64,000 nucleotides of DNA from an uncultured Candidatus Saccharibacteria bacterium (GTDB lineage Bacteria; Patescibacteriota; Saccharimonadia; CAILAD01; JADZBC01). Below are positions 49,433-57,100 of this stretch, one piece after another (the first letter of the stretch is position 1; every line of letters starts with the position of its first letter). The stretch spans positions 17,803 to 81,802 of the forward strand of contig CAZCAO010000001.1 in the NCBI GenBank assembly GCA_964496815.1, written 5' to 3'. Below the pieces are notes generated by a model, which saw only the letters and a program-made list of their open reading frames with translations, made no database searches and was not told where the DNA came from. The position numbers were made by a program, and so were the translations under genes.

Positions 49433-49460
49433 AGTGGCTTGTCTTGATTATAATACGCTT

Positions 49461-49898
49461 ATGGTAAAAAAGAAAAACACCCGTGCTAGCCTCGTTGCTA
49501 TGGAAGGTCGAATTGTCGATAGGATGATGGGCATGGTTTCTGTTGTCGGGCCAGTTAGTGCATCCCCGCAAGTAGTGGAGATCTTTTCTAAGCAGAGTGC
49601 TCAGGGTGTGTCGCTGCTATCATGGGTCATGTATCTTATGCTGGGGGTTGTGTCGTTGTCCTATGGATTGTTTCACAAGCTCAAACCTATAATTGTTAGC
49701 CAAGTGCTGTGGACAATTATGGACATCGTAGTGATCGTGGGTATCCTGATGTACAGTCGCGGTGTCGTGCCTAACTTGTCATTTGATGCGCTCGTAGTCT
49801 TAAATAACCTCGGCAAAGTTCTAATTATTATGAGTTTCATGAGTGGTGGACTGGCAATTTTATACTTCATGAAAGCTCGTCAGCTCAAGCAGGTATAA
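49461..49898 (+). CDS. PQ-loop (SemiSWEET-like) small membrane protein
   Basis: 'SPQVVEIFSKQSAQGVSLLSW' matches PQ-loop motif; 3-4 TM; TATAAT 6 bp before internal ATG. Confidence 0.5.
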   Translation: MVKKKNTRASLVAMEGRIVDRMMGMVSVVGPVSASPQVVEIFSKQSAQGVSLLSWVMYLMLGVVSLSYGLFHKLKPIIVSQVLWTIMDIVVIVGILMYSRGVVPNLSFDALVVLNNLGKVLIIMSFMSGGLAILYFMKARQLKQV

Positions 49899-49979
49899 TT
49901 ATAGAAAAGTACTTGCATACACTACCCATAGTGGTATCATTAGTATCATAAGCACTATAAACAAAAGGAGGTACGGAGG

Positions 49980-50117
49980 GTGAGCGAAGTAGTAGATACA
50001 GTGGAGCAGCAGGAAAGCGTCAAAGTTGAGGCTGTCGAGCAAGAGCAAGATGACTTTCTGGCAGGTGTCCAGGCGGCGGATGCCGAAAGCTTTAATGTTT
50101 GCATATCTTGCGATTAA
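49980..50117 (+). CDS. Small acidic peptide (45 aa) ending in Cys-x-x-Cys
   Basis: GTG start 6 nt after AAAGGAGGTACGGAGG; sequence VSEVVDTVEQQESVKVEAVEQEQDDFLAGVQAADAESFNVCISCD; followed by terminator. Confidence 0.35.
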   Translation: MSEVVDTVEQQESVKVEAVEQEQDDFLAGVQAADAESFNVCISCD

Positions 50118-50121
50118 AAAA

Positions 50122-50160
50122 TCACAGGTAAAACAAATACCCCTACGGAAAATCCGAGGG
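50122..50160. terminator. Bidirectional terminator between peptide ORF and rpf-like gene
   Basis: ATACCCCTaCGG-aaaat-CCGaGGGGTAT followed by TTGCGTTTT. Confidence 0.55.
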
Positions 50161-50183
50161 GTATTTGCGTTTTAGCCTAGGGC

Positions 50184-50768
50184 TTAGAGCAAACCAAGCT
50201 TACGGGCACAGGCGGGCCATGGACTCCAGCCGCGGGCGGCTTGGGTTTCGCGCGCTTTAGCGTCCTGAACTTCAGGAGGTGCTAAGTGCGGATAGGCGTA
50301 ACCACCATAGTTGGCCCAGGTACCGAGGTTGTACTGGTAGGCGCCATAGTAACCGTTGCCCGAGTTGCGGGTATAGTCACCACCGGCTTCACAAAGGCGC
50401 AATTGCTCCCAGACGTCACCAGTCGCAACACCGATTTTTCGGTTCGATTGGTCGTCGATCTGTGCACTAGCCAGTGTAATCTGTACTGCCTGAGCAGCTG
50501 CAACCTTGGCTTCAGCTTCGGCTTGAGCCTTGGCGGCTTGAGCAGCCTTGATCGGAGCCATGACTTCTTGGTCGAAGTCGGGCTTCTGGGCTACAAGCTC
50601 TACAGCCTGAGGCGAATTTGTATTGATGTTTAGATTGTATGTTACTTTTGGTCTACTTACAGCTTGGGCGGCAGCCTCGGCTGTAGCGGTGGCGGGAATG
50701 TGTAGGGGGTTGGCCACCTGGGTTGCAAATAGTACTGCTACTATGAGCGATTGGATGTGTTTATACAT
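50184..50768 (-). CDS. Secreted resuscitation-promoting-factor (Rpf)-like transglycosylase
   Basis: Signal peptide; 'WEQLRLCEAGGDYTRNSGNGYYGAYQYNLGTW...RGWSPWPACARKLGL' aligns with Rpf domain '[27 protein letters not shown]...QGWGAWPLCSQKLGL'. Confidence 0.8.
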   Translation of the reverse strand: MYKHIQSLIVAVLFATQVANPLHIPATATAEAAAQAVSRPKVTYNLNINTNSPQAVELVAQKPDFDQEVMAPIKAAQAAKAQAEAEAKVAAAQAVQITLASAQIDDQSNRKIGVATGDVWEQLRLCEAGGDYTRNSGNGYYGAYQYNLGTWANYGGYAYPHLAPPEVQDAKARETQAARGWSPWPACARKLGLL

Positions 50769-50934
50769 GTGTATCTACGTATAGATACCCTCCTAAACTA
50801 CGTCCTTTTCCTAGTTAATGCTCCGCCCTAAAAATTTGGGCATTCGCGCACTTGGCTTAGAAACAAAAACGACCGTATTAAGGTAATCCTAACAGGTCGA
50901 GAGATATCTAAAATCAAGTGAACGCAGCTATATT

Positions 50935-50963
50935 AGCATGACGTAAGCACTTTGTCAAGCATT
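50935..50963 (-). promoter_or_regulatory. sigma70-like promoter for rpf-like gene
   Basis: Minus strand TTGACA-17-TAATAT. Confidence 0.45.
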
Positions 50964-51004
50964 TTGAAGCACTTTTTACCACCTAAAGAAAAGACGAATT
51001 TTTG

Positions 51005-51300
51005 TAAAAAAAGAACCACCTTGGCTATGAAGGTGGCAACGTAGCCTGGGAGGGGGTGGAATCCTCCCAGGCTACGCGAGCATTGACGAGGTGTGTCCCC
51101 CTCTTGCACACCTGACTGCTCTGGGGCGAAGTGACAGGGGCTGAGGGCCCGAAGCAGGAGGCCTGGCCTGGTGCCCATCAGCGGGTGTAAAGCGCTATCG
51201 ATGGGTGGGGCCTTTGCTCCGGGCCGACAGCTGTCGACTCTACGTTGAGTCGACTGAGGCGGTTTCCCCTGGTTTCCTCTAGCCAGATGGCTTGGTTGTC
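51005..51300 (-). ncRNA. GC-rich structured RNA with intrinsic terminator upstream of rpf-like gene; candidate ydaO-type c-di-AMP riboswitch
   Basis: Minus-strand RNA contains GGGGAAACCGCC, CCCGGAGCAAAGG, CCCCACCCAUCGAUAG blocks and several perfect hairpins; ends in CCACCTT..AAGGTGG + U7 terminator; possible promoter TTGACA-16-TAGAAT at ~51415-51448 (minus). Confidence 0.35.
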
Positions 51301-51479
51301 ACGAGCTTCTGAGCTTCGTCGGTTAGGTTTTTATCCAGCTCCTGCGTCTGGTCCGAACGAACTGTTTTGGAGAAGCTTGTGAAACGAGGCCGTTTGGCTT
51401 GAGTTGGTTTTATTCTACTCCGCTTACGTTTCGTGTCAACGCTTTTTTCGCGCCCAGGGTACTGCTATACTGGTAAGAT

Positions 51480-53264
51480 ATGAGAGACATCATTAAGATT
51501 ATTCGTTACTCCTGGAAGCTCTGGCGTTATTACCTATCAATTGCTTTTTTGGTCATCGTAGTAGCCTTGCTTGGTCTGGCTTCGCCGTTCTTGGTCAAGA
51601 TGATTGTAGACGGCTTGGTGGCAAACAGCTCCGGCGGTAATTATCAGGTAGGCTACTTTATAGTTATCGTTGCCCTTATCTTATTGAGCGACGTAGCGGG
51701 GACGATCATTTCGAACATCAATGGCCACCTGGGGGACATGATGTCTGTTAAACTCAACACATTGCTGAGCCAGCGCTATTACGATCACCTCATGTCATTG
51801 CCAATTGAATACTATGACAATGAAATCACCGGCAAAATCACGGCACGCTTAGAGCGTACGATTGGCACGATTAGCACGCTCATGCAGACCATGGCCAACA
51901 ACTTTGCCCAATTCTTCCTGACAACACTTATCACACTAGTATTTATTAGTATTTACTCCTGGCCAGTTGCGCTGCTGCTCATCGTGATTTTTCCTACCTA
52001 TATTTACATTACGCAGCTGTCGAGTCGGCGTTGGCAGCACGCACAGGAGGGCATCAATCAAGACCTAGATGTGGCGAACGGGCGTTTTGTTGAATCAGTT
52101 GGACAGATTAGGGTTGTCAAATCATTTGTAACTGAGGCTATGGAATCAGCATTCTTCCGTGGTAAGCGACGCAGCATTGAAGACCAGACCAAAGGCCAAT
52201 CTATAGTTTGGCATAAATACGACGTAGCCCGTAGGCTAGTGCTCAACGTCGTTTTTGCTTTGATCTACTGTTTTATTACTTGGCAGGCGTTCAAAGGGGA
52301 AATTACGCTTGGCGAATTCACCTTGCTATTGCAGCTTGTAACACAGGCTCAAATGCCGCTATTTGGCTCGTCATTCATTGTAGACGCTCTGCAGCGCGCT
52401 AAGGCGGGAAGTAAGGATTATTTTGGCGTTATGGCTCTTGAGCCAAGCATTAGTGATCAGGCTGATGCTAAGCCACTGAAGGTTAGCCGCGGTAAGGTAA
52501 GTTACCAGGCAATTTCGTTTGGCTATAGCCAGGGTAAGCAAGTTCTGAATGACATTAGCTTTGATATAGAGCCAGGACAAAAGATCGCGTTGGTGGGCGA
52601 GAGTGGTGAGGGTAAGAGTACGATTGCTAACATCATGCTACGCTTTTACGAGCTTGATGGTGGACGGATTCTGATCGACGACAAGGATATTAGCCAGGTT
52701 ACCCAGACGAGTCTGCGCAAGAACATTGGCGTGGTTTTCCAGGAGCCTGCCTTGTTTTCTGGCACCATCGCCGAAAACATAACATATGGTAGCGGCAAGG
52801 TGTCACGACAAAAGTTAGAGGCTGCGGCGAAGGCCGCTAACGCCCTCGGCTTTATTAAAAAACTCGAACATGGCTTTGATACTCAAATAGGCGAGCGTGG
52901 TGTGAAGCTGTCGGGTGGTCAAAAGCAGCGTATTGCCATCGCTCGGGCAATCCTCAAGGATGCCCCAATTCTTATTCTTGATGAGGCTACGAGCTCGCTG
53001 GATAGTAAGGCTGAGCGGGAAGTGCAAACAGCACTTGAGCGGCTCATGCAGGGGCGCACCACAATGATTATTGCTCACCGTTTGAGCACGATTGCTAACG
53101 TCGATGCAGTAGTCGGCATCCGTGGTGGCAAGATTGTAGAGATGGGCTCACCTGCCCAGCTGGCAAAAGGCAATGGTATTTATGCAGAGCTCCTAAGGCT
53201 ACAATCTGGCGCGGCAACCAAAGCTACCAAGGCTAAGCTTAAACAATTCGAGATCGTTAAGTAG
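51480..53264 (+). CDS. ABC exporter, fused permease/ATPase (MsbA-like)
   Basis: 6 TM + Walker A 'GESGEGKST', 'LSGGQKQR', 'ILILDEATSSLD'. Confidence 0.9.
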   Translation: MRDIIKIIRYSWKLWRYYLSIAFLVIVVALLGLASPFLVKMIVDGLVANSSGGNYQVGYFIVIVALILLSDVAGTIISNINGHLGDMMSVKLNTLLSQRYYDHLMSLPIEYYDNEITGKITARLERTIGTISTLMQTMANNFAQFFLTTLITLVFISIYSWPVALLLIVIFPTYIYITQLSSRRWQHAQEGINQDLDVANGRFVESVGQIRVVKSFVTEAMESAFFRGKRRSIEDQTKGQSIVWHKYDVARRLVLNVVFALIYCFITWQAFKGEITLGEFTLLLQLVTQAQMPLFGSSFIVDALQRAKAGSKDYFGVMALEPSISDQADAKPLKVSRGKVSYQAISFGYSQGKQVLNDISFDIEPGQKIALVGESGEGKSTIANIMLRFYELDGGRILIDDKDISQVTQTSLRKNIGVVFQEPALFSGTIAENITYGSGKVSRQKLEAAAKAANALGFIKKLEHGFDTQIGERGVKLSGGQKQRIAIARAILKDAPILILDEATSSLDSKAEREVQTALERLMQGRTTMIIAHRLSTIANVDAVVGIRGGKIVEMGSPAQLAKGNGIYAELLRLQSGAATKATKAKLKQFEIVK

Positions 53265-53326
53265 CCTTTAGATTTGCGAGATATTTTTGCCCTTTTGGGC
53301 TATCTGAGTATAGTCATTTATGAAAC

Positions 53327-53355
53327 GGGCTCCGAGAGGAGCCTTTGTTATTATT
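53327..53355 (+). terminator. Intrinsic terminator after ABC exporter
   Basis: GGGCTCC-gaga-GGAGCC followed by TTTGTTATTATT. Confidence 0.6.
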
Positions 53356-53504
53356 GAGAATTGGCTGTATTATATTCGTGTCCGCAACTGTGCCCGGAGG
53401 TACAAAATGAACATTCCTGCTTGGGGCATCGTGGCTCCACCCCAGAGCGACTTGAGAAATATCTCGGGTCGCTTCTCCATTCTATAAAAATCCCCTAAAT
53501 ACTA

Positions 53505-53533
53505 TTGACAAGCGTAAGCGACTATGCTATTAT
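53505..53533 (+). promoter_or_regulatory. Near-consensus sigma70 promoter
   Basis: TTGACA-17 bp-TATTAT. Confidence 0.6.
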
Positions 53534-53539
53534 ACATTC

Positions 53540-53953
53540 AACGTCATCGGCAGTGCGCACAGCGCGCGTCGTTGGCCACCCTCACGGAGAGGGGACGTGA
53601 CCCGGTATGCGGGCTTGGTCTTCGGACACACGTTTCAGCTGAGTCCTCGGACACGAGGTATGATCTAGGGCTGCTCGAAGCCCGCGGTCAAAAGCTCACT
53701 CCAAGTGACCCACGAGTCACTTGGTAGTCGGGAACATGTTCCTGACTAGTTTTGCGATCGGGTCGAGATGCGTGGCTTTGTCCACCACCCGAAAACAATC
53801 GAGAGGATGCAGTTCTGTGATCGCACACAGAATCCTTTCTTAGACGGGCTCTTCATCGAGTCGGCTCCCTTCGGGGTAGTTATCTCGATGAATCCCGTCA
53901 ATCCTATTTGAATTATCTACAAGAGGACTCCTTTCGGAGTCCTCTTGTTATTT
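53540..53953 (+). ncRNA. Unclassified ~415-nt GC-rich structured transcript with own promoter and terminator
   Basis: ~65% GC in a ~50% GC genome; many stems (CCAAGTGA/TCACTTGG, GGGCT/AGCCC, GGAACATGTTCC, GCGATC...GATCGC); ends with AAGAGGACTCC-tttc-GGAGTCCTCTT + GTTATTT; no credible ORF. Confidence 0.45.
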
Positions 53954-54186
53954 ACCTAGCTAATTACTACGGCAGTAGCCTAAACCATCTTGCTCATAAA
54001 AAACCTGTCCATTAGGGGTATGCCCCTAAGCGGCTTGAAATCTCCCAGCCCGTTTTGGTTATGCCTGAATCCATATTGCTGCTGGGGCGTATTCTCAGGT
54101 ATAATAATCAGCATAAGCTTTTATATTTTGTTCAATAAAGTGAGGGTGATATCACTAAGAAATTAGTACAAAAGGCGGCCACTACT

Positions 54187-57100
54187 ATGCGACGCGCAGC
54201 AGAGCGTGGTCGTACTGTATTTGTTCGTACTAAAATCCCGCATCACGCTAAACGTGCTCGCGTAGTGGTAGCTGCGCATGCCAGGCGCGCCCATAGTGCG
54301 ACGTTGGGCAGGGCCCATTCGCACTTGGTCACTAGAGTGCCGATGTATAGCAAGTGGCATGGCTGGAAGCACCATAAACATGTTCATCACGGTGTTTTGG
54401 CGGCCGTCTTGGTGGCTGGAACTCTAAATATTTTATTATTCCGCTCGGCTTTTGCCCTTTCGGATATTACTCAGTTGTGGAACTTTTCTAGCCAGTCTGA
54501 CTACACGCTGTCAGATACCAATGCACTGGAATATAGCGGCAATAGTGTGCGCCTAAAAGCCCAGAATTATACGAGTGACGCTAATACCATGGCCCTGTAC
54601 CATCTGGATGAATCAAATGGCACTTCGGCAAGTGACGATTCAAGTAATAACAATACAGGCTTGCTAGCTAATGCGCCGGCGTGGGGAGCTGGGAATCTCA
54701 ACAATGCCCTTACCCTAAACGGCACGAACCAAAGTGTTAGTGCAGCCGATTCAAGCTCGCTTTCGCTTTCGCAGAGCAATAGTTTAGAGGCTTGGTCAAA
54801 GTTAGGTTCTAGCTTTTCGGCCAATTCTCAGCAGAACGACCAAGTGATTATGGATAAGGGTAGTTATAAACTCTATTATGATCACGAGACTGGTAAGCCA
54901 ACCTATGAGCTAGAGAACTCGTCGGCTACAAGCTGGACTCCGCAGGCGGGTAACGGCCAGAATAACAGTTGGAATACCTCTGGCCCGACCGCTACAAAAG
55001 CATCAGTCGTTCACGATAACAATCTATACATTGGCACAGCAGGCGGCGCAGGTTACGCTCAAGTTTGGGGCTATACAGGTTCAGCTTGGACTAAAATTGG
55101 CGGTGATGGCATAAACTCAGGCTGGGCAGCAAACACGTATGAGGAGGTCGACTCCCTTACTTCAGATGGAACATATCTATATGCTGGCCTCGGTACAACT
55201 ACAGGTGATGGTGAGGTGTGGCGTTGGAATGGTTCTAGCTGGAGCAAAATTGGAGGTGATGGCATAAACTCAGGCTGGGCAGCAGCTACCTATGAGTCTG
55301 TGGCTAGCATGACATATATGGGGGGTAATCTCTACGCCGGGCTAGGTGCAAGTGGAGGTGACGGCGAGGTATGGAAATGGAACGGAACGAGCTGGACTAA
55401 GATTGGCGGCGACTCAATTAACTCTGGTTTTAATATCGGAACTGTCGTAAGCCTTGCGAATGATGGAACGTACGTTTATGCCGGCACAGGTACTGCTGCA
55501 GGAGATGCCGATGTCTGGAGATGGGACGGCGCAATTTGGACCCAGCTCGGCGGCGATGGACTAAACTCAAGTTGGGCGGCGGGCACCTATCAGCAGGTGT
55601 TAAGTATGTTTGTACAGGGCGGACAGTTGTATGTTGGTACGGGTGCCGGCACGAGCTTGGGTGAAGTTTGGAAGTGGAGTGGTAGTGCTTGGGCCAGGCT
55701 GGCTAGTAGCGGAACGGGATTCCCGGCAGCCACGTATGAGGGTGTATGGAGTATCACGGGCGACGGAACTAATCTTTATGTTGGCACTGGCAATAGTCAG
55801 AATGACGGTGATGTATATAAATACAACGGTTCTACATGGTCGCAAATCGGTGGTGACGCCCTAAGCTCTGGTTGGACGCAGGGATACATCGTCTATTCAC
55901 TTACTTGGTTCAACGGAAAACTTTATGCCGATGCGACTCAAGCTTCCAGTGGCGATGTCTTTTACTCTTGGAATGGTTCTGCTTGGACGCGTGAAGGTGG
56001 TATGTACTATGGTGGTAGTTGGGGAATGATTAATCTCAATAGTGTGCGGTCTATGACAACTGCCAACGGCAAGTTATATGCTGGCCTTGCAGGGAATTCC
56101 AACGCCAGCGTGTTTGAATACACAGGATCAGCTTGGCGGATTATTGGTGCGCCTGGGCTTAATTCCGCCTGGGGCGTGAGCCAAATTAGCGAGGTTAATG
56201 CCATGACATCAATGGGGGGACAGCTATATATCGGCACAAGTGGCGGGCAGAATGGTGATGCGGAATTGTGGCGTTGGAATGGCACGAGTTGGGCTCAGGT
56301 AGGCGGCGATGGCATAAATTCAAGCTGGAATGGTTCTTATACACGTATTTATGCAATGGCATCAGATGGTACCAATCTTTATGCCGGGGTCGGTTCCACC
56401 GGAGGCAATGGTGAAGTGTGGCGCTATTCGGGCTCAACCTGGACGCGGATAGGCGGCGCAGGGGCCAACGGTAGCTGGAATGGAACTTACCGAAATATAT
56501 ACTCTTTAGTCGTTTCGGAGGGAAATCTTTATGTAGGTAGCTATGGATCAACCAATAATAGTGCCGATGTGTGGAAGTGGAATGGGTCAAGCTGGACTCA
56601 AATTGGTGGCGATGGATTGAATTCCGGTTGGAATTTCAGCTCTATAGGTAATGGTGAGGTTGGTTCGCTCGCAGTTTATGGTAATAAGTTGTATGCAGGG
56701 ATAGGCTCTCTAAGCGCTGGAGATGCCTCGGTTTGGTCTTGGGATGGAGCTGCCTGGACCAAGGTGGGGGGCGATGACGTTAATGGCAGTTGGACGACCA
56801 GCACCTATGAACGTGTCGCTAGTATGGTTGTATATAACGGCCAGCTTTATGCCGGCCTGGGTTCAACAGGCAGTAATGGCGAACTCTGGCGTTATAATGG
56901 TTCAACCTGGACGCAAGTCGGCGGCGACAGTCTCAATGGCGGCTGGAGTTCGTCGATTGAAAGCGTGCGCTCTCTAGCGGTCTATAAAGGTAAGCTTTTT
57001 GCGGGTCTTGGTGACACTCAGAATTCGGATGCCCTGATTTATTCGTATGGTAATAATGGCTTCCTGCAGGGTTCTACAAGCAGTTTCGACACTGCTTGGC

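Noticed and set aside
50933-51178. 81-aa minus-strand ORF in the rpf upstream region
   Set aside because: It spans an intrinsic terminator and a 14-bp perfect hairpin and has no RBS. More likely part of a structured RNA.
51005-51448. tmRNA or RNase P RNA identity for the GC-rich minus-strand element
   Set aside because: No GGGG...acceptor/T-arm/CCA or tag-reading-frame features, and no P4 strands (AGGAAAGUCCGG / ACAGAANCCGGCUUA). The match 'CCCGGAGCAAAGGCC' to E. coli M1 RNA is isolated and judged coincidental.
53524-53727. 67-aa ORF inside the 53.5 kb structured region
   Set aside because: Its ATG lies inside the -10 element of the only plausible promoter (TGcTATTAT), there is no RBS, and the segment is dominated by RNA-like stems. 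Treated as non-coding.
53540-53953. RNase P / tmRNA / SRP RNA identity for the plus-strand structured RNA
   Set aside because: An 'ACAGAAUCC' fragment is present, but the complementary P4 strand, the GGUAAGGGUGAAA region, tRNA-like 3' end and SRP GGAAGCAGC motif are all absent. Left unclassified.
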